A stretch of 37,356 nt of DNA from Barthelona sp. PAP020 (Eukaryota). Below the pieces are notes generated by a model. The model made no database searches, had not been told where the DNA came from, and saw only the letters and a list, made by a program, of their open reading frames with translations. The stretch lies in NCBI GenBank assembly GCA_040182905.1, contig JARQWU010000077.1:1-37356 (forward strand), in the 5' to 3' direction. Every line of letters begins with the position of its first letter. Position 1 is the stretch's first letter. The position numbers and the translations under genes are program-made. Positions 1 to 12,649 of this stretch are shown here, piece by piece.

Positions 1-87
1 CGTAGAAACCTCAAATTGACAAGGACGACCGAATTCTCGTCTTTCACGTGTATATTCACGCACAATATCGAGTGATAATGAAGCCAT
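1..87 (-). CDS. DNAI2: 5' end (partial, runs off the window) of axonemal outer-arm dynein intermediate chain, DNAI2/IC69-like
   Basis: My translation from the ATG at 87 gives MASLSLDIVREYTRERREFGRPCQFEVST. This matches the DNAI2/IC2 N-terminus pattern (EIVYVYxKKRSEFGxQCxF). Not in the ORF track because it is truncated. Confidence 0.7.
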   Translation of the reverse strand, partial: MASLSLDIVREYTRERREFGRPCQFEVST

Positions 88-263
88 TTTGAAGAAAAAC
101 TCTTAAATTATTGATTCACATTTTTTCACTTTATCTGTTTTTTTTTTATATAATTCGTGGTTCAGAATAATATGGACATTTTTTTAAAAAAAAGAAAGAA
201 AGATTAGATATATAAAAAAAAAATTTCTTCCATCAATTACAATTTAATATTTATTTCAAACTA

Positions 264-1136
264 TTATGATAAATTAGAATGATTTATCTTCGACGCAGGC
301 TTCAAATAACATAAAAAGACAAAACCTAAAATTAATGCAAAAATTCCACTTCCTAACACCAAGTAACCTAAAAATTTGGAATCAGGACCAACCCAAGAGC
401 TTTCAGTTATATAAAAACTCTTTGTTCCTTCAAAACTACTGACAGGGTAGTTGTTCACAACTCTTAATTCATAATTTCCAATGTTGAAATCAGTGTCAAA
501 CCTCACATGCAACTTCTTGAACCAAGGTAAAGCTCCGGATCTCATCCAATTAATAAACGTGGGATCAGTTACATCAGTAGACGATCCAGGAGAATTTTTG
601 AATTTACTTAAATCGCTTTCCCAAATCAAGTCATTTCTGGAAGTACTCATCAAATTTGACCCAGAATCATAAACAGCAAAAGTATCATTGAAAACAGAAT
701 TTGGTAATAAACCACAAGGATTCAACAAACCAGAAGCATCAGAAACCAATGGTTCACATTCTGACTTCAAATCATCTGCTGATAAACCAGTATCTCCTCT
801 TAATTGATCATCTGATTTTGAATTTATATATCTACGATGATTTTGATAATAATTTGTCAAAATATAATAACCATATGAAGGTGTTTTAATTGGTTTATCT
901 ATTGTAAAAGGTACAGTACATGATGAACCAACACTACAACTCGAATCTTTAGAATAAGGTATTGTAATGGAACTAACATTATTAGCTGTTATTAAAACTA
1001 CTATTCCAAAAGCTATTAACAAAATACCAAATATTATAAAAGTAAATGACAACTTATTCAATGTAAAGTGTGGTCTACAAGCTGGTAATTTTTGTTGTCT
1101 CAAACTAGAATCAATCGGTTCATTATTTTGTGACAT
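264..1136 (-). CDS. CDC50: CDC50/LEM3 family P4-ATPase (flippase) beta subunit
   Basis: QQKLPA, LTNYYQNHRRY, PCGLLPNSVFNDTF and FINWMR..ALP.F.KL motifs; two TM helices. Confidence 0.95.
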   Translation of the reverse strand: MSQNNEPIDSSLRQQKLPACRPHFTLNKLSFTFIIFGILLIAFGIVVLITANNVSSITIPYSKDSSCSVGSSCTVPFTIDKPIKTPSYGYYILTNYYQNHRRYINSKSDDQLRGDTGLSADDLKSECEPLVSDASGLLNPCGLLPNSVFNDTFAVYDSGSNLMSTSRNDLIWESDLSKFKNSPGSSTDVTDPTFINWMRSGALPWFKKLHVRFDTDFNIGNYELRVVNNYPVSSFEGTKSFYITESSWVGPDSKFLGYLVLGSGIFALILGFVFLCYLKPASKINHSNLS

Positions 1137-1249
1137 TTTTCACAACTTAACAACTGGAAAAAAATTTTGACAGTAAAATTAGTGGATGATTTTCCCGTTT
1201 ATTTTACATCACAAAACAAAAAATTACAATAAAGACTAAAATTATTTAT

Positions 1250-4200
1250 CTACATATAAATGTCATCAATGATAATATTCTTTTCAACATCAATTAATTG
1301 AATATTATAATTTTTTGATGGTTGAACCACTTGACAGGTAATAAAATTCAAACAATCAATAGAAAATTGAAATAACCTATAATTACCACTGTAATCTTGA
1401 TTAAACGGTTCAATTAAAACAAAAATTCGATCTTGTGTTTCATTCCTTTTTGTTGAAGAAATTTTCAAAATATTTCCAGGCAAATTGATTGAACGCACAT
1501 GCAATAAATTCACATTGAACAAACTTAAAAAAACTTTATTATTATTGGAGAAACCAACAATCAAATCTCCATTTGCACGAACATTCATGTGATTTACGGT
1601 TAAATCTTTCCAAGAATACTTACAAAAAAGTTCTTTTTGATAAGTGTATCGATCTCCAACGCCAGACATAACCAAAACATGAAACATAGCATTTGTGTTG
1701 GAATGAAATGTTTGCAATTCCATCATCATTCTCAAATTCAAAAATCTCTCTAATTCCAGTGTATTTAAATCCCAGGTTGAAATATTTCCTTCAAAATCAA
1801 CGCAATATAACAATTGATAATCAGAACACAATGCAACATTGACAATTTTTGCTTCATGTAAATCTATTCTTTTGATAATTGTTGACCTCTGAGGTGATAA
1901 ATGAATTGCAGGAGATACAGCAGGTGGCAAAGCTTCAACCGGTTCATCAGATAGTTGAAATACAATAACACTGTTATTATCAACTCTGAAAACGCGTCTC
2001 TTTGAAAAGTCGGTTAAATATTCTTTTTCTTTGCCTTCATACAAATATAATCTTTTTGTTGATGGAGATGATGGACTAAGAGCTTCATCAATAATTCTGC
2101 AAGACTGTTCAAAATTGAAAAGTACAGAAGAATTGGGAGAATTTGAAGATGTTGGGGAATTTGGGGGGTTTTTTCTAAACATTTCGGATGATGAAAGAGA
2201 AGTTGATTCAGGAGATTTGGGAGATTTGGGCAATTTTAATGACCGGGAAGATTTTGGAGATTTCAAATTATTTTTGGTTCTTGTAATTTTAACCAAAATT
2301 TTGGAAGTGTCATGAAAACCAATACTATTACTGTCAGTTGAACAACACCATGTATCAGGCCAATTACTTTTGGGAAAAACACCATATAATTGTTGTGATC
2401 TTAACATTTCGTCAACTTCTTCAATATTTTGACATTCTGGAAGATCAACTTTATAAGCAGGATAGTTCAAATATTTTCCTTGAAAATTTTTCCCGCCAAA
2501 AATGAAACCTAACCAAGGATGAAATGAATGCCAATGAATATTGTTGAATTTTGTGATTTGCTGCATTGTAAAAGTTCTAGCATTTTTGCCTGCTTCTAAA
2601 CTTAGTGACATATCAAACAAACCCTTGCGATAATAGTCTTTGACAAAAACTTCCTCATTATAAAACAAGAAATCAAACAGTTCACATGAAAACGAACCCA
2701 ACTTCTTTTTGAAGAAATTCAAATTATAAGTCATTGGAACACTTTTAGATGTTCTATGTTCATAACCACTTCTTCTACCATCCCACAATTGTCCAATAGA
2801 ATAATAACTTCCCAAATTTCGAGAAACCAATTGCAAGAAGGAAGGATATGAAGGAGAACCATTATATGAAGGAAGACCTTTCAAAGATGGAATGTCTTCA
2901 AATGCTTGGAACACTTCACTTTCAGTATAACAATCAGATAATGCTTGAACAGGAATGCTCAAATTTCTATATTGTATGTCAAAAAAATTCTGTAATATTT
3001 GAGGGAAAATGGGCAAACGTGATGGGACAAAAGAAAACCTTTCACAATATTGATTAATAAGTTGAAAAAAATGAAAATTACTCAACCTTCCCCTATGCCA
3101 TTCTTCGCCAATTTCTTCAATTGTATTTGCTTCTTTAAATTCTTTCAAAATTGTTGGTAATTTATTTAAGAAAATTTGGCGATCATTTTGTGAATAGAAT
3201 GAGAATAAATAATTTTCATTGCTGTTTGATTTCAAAAATAGACCATAAGCAGCAACATTCTTATAATTCAAAAAACCAAGCATTCTTTGATGTGTTTGAA
3301 GTTTGGATACATTAGCAACATTAATTTTTGATAACATTTCATCATCTATCTCATCATAGAACCAATTGATCTTCTGGTATTGAATTAGATTACTGAATTT
3401 TTGTTTTGAAATATTGAAGAATTGTTCATCAAAAGTTTCGTTTGAATTTTCAAAATTCAAATTCAAAATAGATTCAAAATCGTGACTCACGAAATTAAAA
3501 TAACTGCCAAAAATGTTCACTTCACCTTTAATTGAATAAATATTATGTGATATACATTGAAGTTTTTTATTTGAACTGTTAGAATCAAATGTTTGCAAGT
3601 TTAAATTTTGAAAAACAAATGATTTTCTCTTAGGTGGGTTTAAATACGTGGATTTTGAATTTAGATACTCATTAATTGGCAAATAAACTTTTTTAAAATT
3701 TCCAAAAGATATTTTGAAATTTAAAATTTCATGTGAGAGAATACTCTTTTGAATATTTAAACATTTAGAACTTTGGATTTTTTTGAATTTGAATTTCAAA
3801 TTGTTATTTTTATCAAAATGTTTCAATTTGGTCAAAGATGATTCTTCGCCATTAATCATTGAAGGGGGTAATGAAAGCCAACGTAAATCAGAAATGTTTC
3901 GAGAAAATATAGGTGTTTTTGCTGAAATTGAAGCTAAAAAAAATTGTCTAAAAACATATGTTTTTTCACTTGGAATATCAATACCATAATTGATTTGATC
4001 AATGTTGATATCATATAAATGATTAGAAAATAAAGGCCAATTATTACGGTTATAAATAGGATTTGAACCATCAAATAAATTTGTAATATTAGTAACATCG
4101 AATTTTATTGCTAAATTATAAGAAAATTTTGGTTTTAAAAAGATTCTACAAACCAATAAATACCAAATAGAAAATAATTTTGTTCTACTTAAATTATTGA

Positions 4201-4367
4201 TTAAAAAATAGATATCTTTTGAAGAATCTTGTTTAATTCTAGTATAATTTTCAATTCCAATTATTTTTTTGAAAATAATATCGTTAAATTCAATGAATAA
4301 TTGTTTTTTATTATATTTTTCAGCGAAATCTTGATTTTCTGCTAAAAATACATTGATATCAAAAAAA

Positions 4368-4416
<49 letters not shown>

Positions 4417-7400
4417 CATTATTATTATTATTTTGTTGTTGTTGGTGTTGTTCTTCTAAATCTTCTTTTTGTGATTGTTCTAAATCTTCTTTTTGTAATT
4501 GTTTGATATCAATATCTTCTAACAATAATAATTGACTAAAATTAATCAAATATAGTAATTTTAAACATATTTGCTCAAAAGTTCCTAAAATTTTCAATAA
4601 TAAAATATCATTTCCATGTAATAAACGTTTAATTGTGTTCATTAAAGAATAATGTAAATAAGGTCCATCAAATAACCATGTTGTGAAAATATTATTTGGT
4701 AAAGCATAAAAAATTTGACCAAAATTTTGCAATTCTTCATCAATTAAAGGTAATGAACAAAAAAATAATTCATTTTCAACGATATTTTTTCCAATTCTTT
4801 TAATCTTTGTTTTATAAAAGTCTAATTGTTGTTTTTCTTTAATCAATTCATCAAATTCATGTTCTTTTGCTTGATTGAAACAATCAAACACAAGATCAAT
4901 AAAACTAATTGAATAATAATTCAATTTTGGATGAAATTGTCTTTCATCTTCAAAATCTAACAGACCAATGGTTAATAAAACATTGGAAAACTCCCGAAAA
5001 CTACCATATTGAAAAGTAAATTCATTACTTATTTCAAAACACATGATTCCTGAAGCTAAAGAATAATGTTGATAAGAAAAATTTAATAAAGTGCTGAAAT
5101 TGTTAGCAAAATCAATAGAATTACTGATTCGAAAATCTCGTACACAACTACATAATAAATCTCTTAAAATCATTCGATATAACACATTTGTTTCATGTTT
5201 ATTAGAAAATATCATACCCAAAATCATGTTGAACTGTTGATTACTCAAAACTTTCATACATAATCTTAAAGAAATGGTTAAACATCTTAAAATGTCAATA
5301 TTCATTCTTTCTCGGTCAAAATATAACAAGAGAAGATCTTGTAATCCTTGTATTAACAGTATCAAATGAGCAAATTTTTGTTTATTAAACAAAAGGTTAT
5401 CAGTCTTATCATATAAAATTTCATTGATCTTTAAAAGAACTAAAATGAATCTTAAAGAATAATGAGGTAATCTTGATGCATCTAAATTCACTATTTTTTC
5501 ATTCTTTAACAGATCAAAAATTAAGAATATTAATTCTTCAATAGATTTCTTGTTGTCAAAAAAATCATCAGAAATTTTGTCTAATTTTTTTGTTAAAATT
5601 TGCTGATATTTTTCTTTATCTGTTTGATTAATTTCGCTGTTAAATTCATTGAAACCTTTGTTATACATCGTCAAATGTTCTTTTAAGAGAGGATCCATAT
5701 TGGTAAATCCATCAAAAAAATCAATCGTATACATTTTGTTCAAAAATTGTAAAAACTTCAAAATACTTTCAGAAAATGACATTTTTAAAAAGATTCCAAT
5801 CAATTCTTCACTTGGATACAAGCCAAAAACATCTTGACTGATACTATTATGATTAGGCAAAATCAAAGTCTTAATAATGCTTGAAAGCAATAAATTTGCT
5901 TCAGAAATATGTTGAGTTTGAGTTAAAACATATTTTTGTAAGTTGGGACAAAAGAAAGGGAGATTTGTCAAAAATTTGACATATGTTTCAAAATTAATTA
6001 AGGATAAACTTTCACAAATACTTATTAAAATGTTAGAACCTTCATCAGATTGACCTTGACAAAAAATTAAAAAACCGTCAATGGTTTCTGAAATTTCAAT
6101 GTTAATAAACAATTTTATTATTTGAATCAATTTTTCATCTTCACAAACAACAAAAGTTTTCAAATTGTTCAAAACAGAATGTGAGAATAAAATTCTTTCA
6201 TTCTCAGGAATCTTTGAAAAAATTCCATACAGATACGTTAAGACATCAAAGTTTTCGGTGATCTCATATTCCTGTGTATTCTCAAGATTTGAAAAAGTTA
6301 ACAAAATATTAACAAACTTTTCAGAAATCCCACTAATTACATGACGTTCTCGATCAAAATGTACGTCACACATAGCCATGAGATAATTGACCGATTCTTC
6401 ATGTTTCCAACCATATTGTTTGGACACATTCACAATAAAATTTGAAATTATTTGTTGACTCATTGAAGATTCCTCCAAATGATATTTGAACTTTAGTATG
6501 TAACGGCTGAATGGTGTAACATCACAAGGAATGTATTCTTTCAATGGTAGTAGACAAAATGAAAATAAGAATTCATTATAATTCGAGATCTTGCTAATCA
6601 ACAATTCTAACAGTTCCCAATCGTAATTCTCTCCCATCAAGTTGAAAAGATTAATGGCAGATAAAACCCCCAATTCTATTTCGCTTTTCGATCGAATAAC
6701 CATCAAATAAATAAGTCTGTATCTGTCATCACAAATGCTTGTATGCAAATGATTGAATGGTGCTGAACTTTCAAAAAACATATCTGATGCTTGCAAAGTG
6801 CTGAAATCAGCATCCGGTAAATTCGAAAAGAAATCAAGAGTAACTTCAATCCCCAAATGATCAAAACAGTTAACTGGAGGTCTTTGATATTCCTGATTTT
6901 GAAAATAGAATTTTTTGGGAATATTCAAAAAATTCGAAAATTTGGAAAGTTTTTCGCAAAAAAAAGCAAATGTTTCAGTATTAAACTCTTCATAGGCTAA
7001 TAATGTCAATAGATTATCAAAATATCTCAAATTTTCTTCACAAAGAAACAAATCAATGTTAAAATGACTTTTATCTGGAATAAAATCACAACATTTTAAC
7101 AATAAAAGATTAATCCTTTCAAAATTTTGAAAATTTTCATTGGATACAAAATTAACAATTCTCTCATAACAATTTACAGGAAAAAGTTCAATAAACAAAA
7201 AAAATAACCTATGTAATATATTGAAATGAAGATTATATGTATCTTTTATGGTTGAAGATAATAGAAATGTTTGATTTATTGGAATTGAAGTATTATTATC
7301 AATATTTTCAATAAAAAATAAATCAAAAATAATATTAGATAATATTAGCAATTGGTCTTTGTTGAAATAAGAATGGAATAATAGTATTATTAAAAAAATT

Positions 7401-7567
7401 CTTGTTTTTATTTTAACATCATCTTTATTTTTAATCAACATATCTTTAAAATTATCTAATAACATTAAAAAATTATCATGACCAATTTCTAAGGATAATA
7501 ATGTTTTTACTTTTTCTTCTTCATTTTCAAACAATTTAAACATTTCATAATCATCTAATTCATTCAT
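1250..7567 (-). CDS. Large divergent BEACH-domain protein with C-terminal WD40-like region
   Basis: 2105-aa ORF. WHRGRLSNFHFFQLIN...PIFPQIL...YRNLSIPVQAL resembles the BEACH start (WxxxxISNFxYLxxLN...PVFPW...RDLSKPIGAL). Also WLGFIFG, and a WD-like segment LHEAKIVNV...GNISTWD. Confidence 0.75.
4372..4500. repeat. Coding microsatellite (TTA)n giving poly-Asn, followed by a short Gln run and a 24-nt duplication (QKEDLE x2)
   Basis: About 20 TTA units with one interruption, then TTG units and two copies of TTCTAAATCTTCTTTTTG. Confidence 0.9.
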
Positions 7568-7723
7568 ATTCTCAAAAATAAAATCCCAAAATCACCTATC
7601 AAAAGTAAAAATGTCAAAAAAAAAGGAAGAATCATTTTCATTCAATTTATTTTGATTTTCATTCATTATATATAAGTACAATAACATCTAACCTCATAAA
7701 TAAAATAAAACATACAAAAAAAT

Positions 7724-9049
7724 TTACCATTCAATAAAATAAAAATTCTTCAATGCAAACAACACATCAAATATTATAAAACCAACACTTATTGTCATAA
7801 AAATAAATCTTTTCTTACTATTATAAAAAAATAAAGAATAAACAGAATCTTGTTTTGGAATTGAATAGAGATATACCTTTTTTGTTTCTTTTTGATTTTC
7901 TTCAATATGTCCATTATAGTTTTTAATAACAATTTGTTCATCTTCTTCAATATTTTCATCATTTTCAACATCTTGTTCTTCTTCTTTTTCAATTGGATAA
8001 TCAATATCTTCCCTAATTTCTTCAAAAATCGGCTCATAACCATCAAATAATGTGTCTTTATATCCTAAAACCCAAAAAGTTAACATAAAATAACTAGGAA
8101 TTAACGAGACCATTACATCTAATATAAACATCACAATAATCAAACGTTTTAAAGTTAACATGGCAACCATTGGTACAAATATCAAAGTATGAATTAAAAT
8201 ATTGCTTTTTTGGAACATGACAAACCAAGCAGCCTTAAAATCCTTTACTATTGAAGGTTTTCCAGTGCTAACGATGGAATGAAGATCCGAATTGATGTTT
8301 ATCTTGTTATTATACCAAAAATATCCAAAAATCGCAATGCTTACACACATGATATACATGAACGATCTATGAATAACGTGAATCAAACCAAAACCTTGTA
8401 AAAACCAAGTTAAAAAAAAATCAAACGAAATTGATAACAAAATAAGAATGAAACTGAAGAAATGAATGTGGAAAAAAAGATGAGGCTTTTTTCCTTTAAA
8501 ATTATACAACCCTAAACTACCAAAACTTTCAATGTTTGAAGAAAGATAGAATGGATTGAATCCAATCACAAAACCAATCCCAAACATTAAAATCAAAAAG
8601 GGCTTGATGTATGGAACCATAAAAGTACTTAAATATTTGTCTAATGGTTTATTTCCATCAATATTACGATGATGTGGCCATTTGCCATTGGAATAATAAT
8701 TTATTGAATCCCAAAATCTTGTTGACCCAATTTCACTTTCGCCAATAAAAGTTTCATCTCCAATAAACATTAAAGGTACCCCAATACGGTCAATATTCTT
8801 TGCATTGGCTTTCAAAAATTCAGCAACTTGATAATGTTGAATCAAAGTATCATTAAGAATATCAATAGTCCTCAATTTAATATTTGGTAATGAAATTAAT
8901 TCATTAACAAAAGGTTCTATTGCAGTACAATGATAACAAAATTCTTGTTTAAAATAGAGAATGTGCGTATCATTCAATGGTACATATATAACTCGAAACA
9001 ATATAGCTATCAATAATGCTATTGAAATAATAATGTGTTTTAATCTCAT
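7724..9049 (-). CDS. Thioredoxin/glutaredoxin-fold (CYHC) domain fused to a CcdA/DsbD-like multi-pass membrane domain
   Basis: N-terminal signal anchor; YFKQEFCYHC and GVPLMFIGD (cis-Pro region); GFVIGFNPF resembles the prokaryotic CcdA-like GxxDGFNPC; 5-6 TM segments. Confidence 0.65.
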   Translation of the reverse strand: MRLKHIIISIALLIAILFRVIYVPLNDTHILYFKQEFCYHCTAIEPFVNELISLPNIKLRTIDILNDTLIQHYQVAEFLKANAKNIDRIGVPLMFIGDETFIGESEIGSTRFWDSINYYSNGKWPHHRNIDGNKPLDKYLSTFMVPYIKPFLILMFGIGFVIGFNPFYLSSNIESFGSLGLYNFKGKKPHLFFHIHFFSFILILLSISFDFFLTWFLQGFGLIHVIHRSFMYIMCVSIAIFGYFWYNNKININSDLHSIVSTGKPSIVKDFKAAWFVMFQKSNILIHTLIFVPMVAMLTLKRLIIVMFILDVMVSLIPSYFMLTFWVLGYKDTLFDGYEPIFEEIREDIDYPIEKEEEQDVENDENIEEDEQIVIKNYNGHIEENQKETKKVYLYSIPKQDSVYSLFFYNSKKRFIFMTISVGFIIFDVLFALKNFYFIEW

Positions 9050-9104
9050 CTAAGAATAATATCTCTTTTTAAACAAAACACAGATTTTTTTTTAATATTT
9101 TCAA

Positions 9105-10190
9105 ATGATCGTTGGTGCAATTATTCCAGTTAATTCTGCATTTTATCAAGTTATTAGTCCTGCAACTCTTACAAAAATTACAAATGTTTGTTTGACTTCT
9201 ACACATTTTGAGGGTGATATCATTATTTCAGCTGTTTCTGATGGTGCTTTATACCCTGTGTGTTTATTAAATTCAACTATTCCCACCGCACAATGTGATC
9301 TCACATACATACCTGGTGAAATAATGGCATTTGCCATTACTCATGAAGATGAACACTTCAATGATGAGGGAATCAGTGTTTCGATTACTGGTTATGGTGA
9401 GCCAGTTGAAGATGATACACCCGAAGAGATTGTTGATTTTTTGGATCAAGCCGAGATTTTTGAGCCTAATTTTGTAAGCATTGATGAAATTGCTGAAATA
9501 GATTCACATATTGACTTTTTGGAATTTTATCAAAATCTTATGGAGGAAGTTCTTGCAGCTGAGAATCTTGCTGATGATTTGGAAGAAGAAGAAGATGATG
9601 ATGAAGAACATGAGGAACAGGAACCTGAAGAAATTGATGAATCTGAAAGTGAAGAAGAAGATCATGATGATGCTCCTTTTGATTTTGATGATGGTGACAG
9701 CGATAATGTTAACGAGGAAGAACTGTTAAGATTGGAAGAAATAGAAGAGGAAGAACGTTTGGCCAAGGAAGAAGCTGAAAAATTGAAATACGAAGAAGAA
9801 TTGAAAGCTCTCAGAAAAAAAAATAAACAAGCCAAAGATAAAAAGAACGGTGAATGGATTAATAAGGGTTCTAATCTCAGATATATGGACTTGAAGGTTG
9901 GTAATGGTAAGATCATCAAGAATGGTGACAAAGCTGTTGTTGAATATTGTGGTAAATTGAAGAAAACTGGTCAAACTTTTGATGAATCAGCTGGTAAACC
10001 CTTTAAATTTTATTTAGGCGCTGGAGAAGTGATCAAAGGCTGGGATTTAGGTTTAGAAGGAATGAAAGTTGGTGGAATGAGAAAATTAGAAATCAAGCCT
10101 AAATTAGGATATGGCAGCAAAAGAAATGGACCCATACCTCCTAATAGTACTTTATTGTTTGATATAGAATTAATTGGCATTAAACGCTAA
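9105..10190 (+). CDS. Nucleoplasmin-like-domain FKBP peptidyl-prolyl isomerase (Fpr3/Fpr4/FKBP53 type)
   Basis: N-terminal beta-rich NPL domain ending VSITGY, acidic tract, basic tract, and C-terminal FKBP domain (VIKGWDLGLEGMKVGG.R...LGYG...IPPNSTLLFDIEL). Confidence 0.92.
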   Translation: MIVGAIIPVNSAFYQVISPATLTKITNVCLTSTHFEGDIIISAVSDGALYPVCLLNSTIPTAQCDLTYIPGEIMAFAITHEDEHFNDEGISVSITGYGEPVEDDTPEEIVDFLDQAEIFEPNFVSIDEIAEIDSHIDFLEFYQNLMEEVLAAENLADDLEEEEDDDEEHEEQEPEEIDESESEEEDHDDAPFDFDDGDSDNVNEEELLRLEEIEEEERLAKEEAEKLKYEEELKALRKKNKQAKDKKNGEWINKGSNLRYMDLKVGNGKIIKNGDKAVVEYCGKLKKTGQTFDESAGKPFKFYLGAGEVIKGWDLGLEGMKVGGMRKLEIKPKLGYGSKRNGPIPPNSTLLFDIELIGIKR

Positions 10191-10347
10191 ATTTTGGGTG
10201 TTTCATAAATTTTTTTGTTATTTTGTTGTTGTGTAATGGAAAATTTGCCTTTGAAAAAGATTTCAAATGTCAAAATCTTTTTTTAGATTTTTCAATAATT
10301 TCTTTTTCAACAATTCAATTTTTCTTTAACAGTTTTTAGTTTTTTAG

Positions 10348-10785
10348 ATGACTGATCCCTTTGAAAGTGGACTATTTGGTTGCTTTGATGATTTTTCTAT
10401 TTGTTTTCTGACATTGAATGGATGTGCTCCTTGTGTACTTACTCAAGCACTTACTCAAACCGAAAATAGAGAAAATTCCCTGTGTGATTGTTGTTTTATT
10501 ACTGCAGCTGGATTTGTTGTTGGTCCAACTTTTAATTTCATGCTTAGAAAGCGAATTCGTGCTTTGCGTAATACACCAATGAATGATTGTGGTGATTGTT
10601 TGATTACATCTTTATTTTTTCAATGTTCTGTTTGCCAAGTTGCAATAACAGCAAAAAAACTAAAGCAACAAGGTTTCTTTGACAAAAGTACTCCTATGAC
10701 AACAGTTCAACAATTTGTTCAGAATTCTCCAATACATCACAAAAGCTACAATGAAAGTGGAATGACTTATCCTCCATTATATTAA
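10348..10785 (+). CDS. PLAC8 family cysteine-rich protein
   Basis: FESGLFGCFDD..C, RKRIR, DCGDC...CSVCQ pattern. Confidence 0.88.
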   Translation: MTDPFESGLFGCFDDFSICFLTLNGCAPCVLTQALTQTENRENSLCDCCFITAAGFVVGPTFNFMLRKRIRALRNTPMNDCGDCLITSLFFQCSVCQVAITAKKLKQQGFFDKSTPMTTVQQFVQNSPIHHKSYNESGMTYPPLY

Positions 10786-10939
10786 ATTTTTTAGAAGATA
10801 TTGATTCTTTCAGAACAATATTTTATCATTATTTCTGTACATATTCGAAAATATTTGACAACTTATAAATACATTATGATTTTTCATTTATTTATTAACA
10901 AAACAAACAATTTTTATTTTTTAATGTGATGATGTTTTA

Positions 10940-12649
10940 ATGCCATATCGACCTAAAACAACTGAAGACCATTTAAGTTTACTGAAAGAAGTATCGAGTA
11001 AACCTCCAACAAGAGAAAAAGAAAGTATTGTTGTGAAGAAAATTCAAAAAGTTCGAAGATCTTCCAATATTAAAGATGCAAAAAGGGCATGGATAAAGGA
11101 GTTTATACGATTAAAACAAGAAGAAATTGAAAATGCTTCTCAATTAGAACAAATAATGACTGAATATGGAAGTAAGTATCAAGGATTAATTGAACAATAT
11201 GAATTATACAATGATGCAACCTATCAAATGAAAGATCAGGTTATTCAAATGTTATTCAATGTTGATACATTAAAAATGACTGTTGATGCCAATGTGCCAA
11301 GAAAAGAAATTGAGAATGGTCTGTTAAAGTGTGAAGAAACTTCTTATAATTTAGAATTAGAGAATAGAAAATTACAATTTGATTTAGAAAATCTGCAAAA
11401 TGATTTGTTTGCTATCAATTCATCTCGTCTTCAATACAAATTGCTTGAATATGAAAGTGTCAACAATGCTCAATTCTATTATGAGCAATTACATAAAGAA
11501 AATCTTCCAAAATACAATAGGCTACTGATTGAGGATAAATGTTGTGTAAATGATATTATTTTGGATATGAACAACAAATTAATGAAATATACTGATGAAA
11601 CTAATGAAGAATTATCAAATTACTTTGAATCTTTAGATTTTCTTAAGGATATTAAATTGGCTGACTCAGAACATGAAAATATCTTCAATATTGTGTTTGT
11701 GAAGCTAAATAAAAAGACCACAGTAACACCAGAAAAAGTTTGGAAAGAATATGTTGCCAACTGTATAAATATGGCTCCGTTGGAAAAAAATTATATCATT
11801 AGTAGATATAATGTTGAAATATCCAAAAGAAATGTTAATAGCAATATTAAATCACTAAAAATGAATTATCAAAATAATTTACAGAAAGTTATGAATGATA
11901 CAAAATTTAAGTTAATTGCAGCCATACATTCCAATTCAAGGATAAGAAAGACGAATAATATTAAGAATCAAATACTTGAATTGGCGTCTTCATCAAAAGA
12001 TAGGTTGAATGATGAAAGACAAATATTTGAAAACATTGAAAAATCAATTAATGATTTATATGAAGTTGATGCCCATTATATTTACAGTTTAAATTTGGTA
12101 ATTGAACGAATTAAGAAGGCTATTGAAAGAATTGTAAAAACCTTTTCTGATTTGTATAAAGAAGACAAAGAAATGGAAGCCTTAAGGCAAAGAAGAGAAT
12201 TAAAGAAGCAGGAAAATGAAAATAAAAGGCAAAAACAAAATGAATTGAAAATTGCTGCAAAGAAAGTTGAAAGCCGAAGGAATATCGATAAACAAAAAGA
12301 AATCAAAAGAAAAGAAAAAGTTGATTTGGAAATAATGGGTATGAACCGAAAGAAAATTCAATTGGACAATTTTTATAAAAAAGTTGAACCCAAAATCGAA
12401 AGAGATAAAAACAGAGTTATTAAAGATACCAAGGCCATAGAAGACAGGAGAAAACAAAAAGAAAATCAATTAAAATTGTGGAAAGTTTATGGATATGATG
12501 AAAAGAATCTTTTGAAAGACTCAAAGTACAGATTAATGGTGAAATTATCTGATGCAGGACTTTTGCACTCACAATTCGCTTCTGCAGCATTTAAAGAACT
12601 CAGTAACCCGAGAAAAGACACAATTAGCGAAAGTTTTTTTGATAAATAA
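10940..12649 (+). CDS. Coiled-coil protein, CCDC148-like
   Basis: Long coiled coil. C-terminus GYDEKNLLKDSKYRL..KLSDAGL.HSQFA...PRKD..S..F resembles the CCDC148 tail (DPRxRxxxALREAGLH..YA...PRKD..S..F). Confidence 0.65.
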   Translation: MPYRPKTTEDHLSLLKEVSSKPPTREKESIVVKKIQKVRRSSNIKDAKRAWIKEFIRLKQEEIENASQLEQIMTEYGSKYQGLIEQYELYNDATYQMKDQVIQMLFNVDTLKMTVDANVPRKEIENGLLKCEETSYNLELENRKLQFDLENLQNDLFAINSSRLQYKLLEYESVNNAQFYYEQLHKENLPKYNRLLIEDKCCVNDIILDMNNKLMKYTDETNEELSNYFESLDFLKDIKLADSEHENIFNIVFVKLNKKTTVTPEKVWKEYVANCINMAPLEKNYIISRYNVEISKRNVNSNIKSLKMNYQNNLQKVMNDTKFKLIAAIHSNSRIRKTNNIKNQILELASSSKDRLNDERQIFENIEKSINDLYEVDAHYIYSLNLVIERIKKAIERIVKTFSDLYKEDKEMEALRQRRELKKQENENKRQKQNELKIAAKKVESRRNIDKQKEIKRKEKVDLEIMGMNRKKIQLDNFYKKVEPKIERDKNRVIKDTKAIEDRRKQKENQLKLWKVYGYDEKNLLKDSKYRLMVKLSDAGLLHSQFASAAFKELSNPRKDTISESFFDK

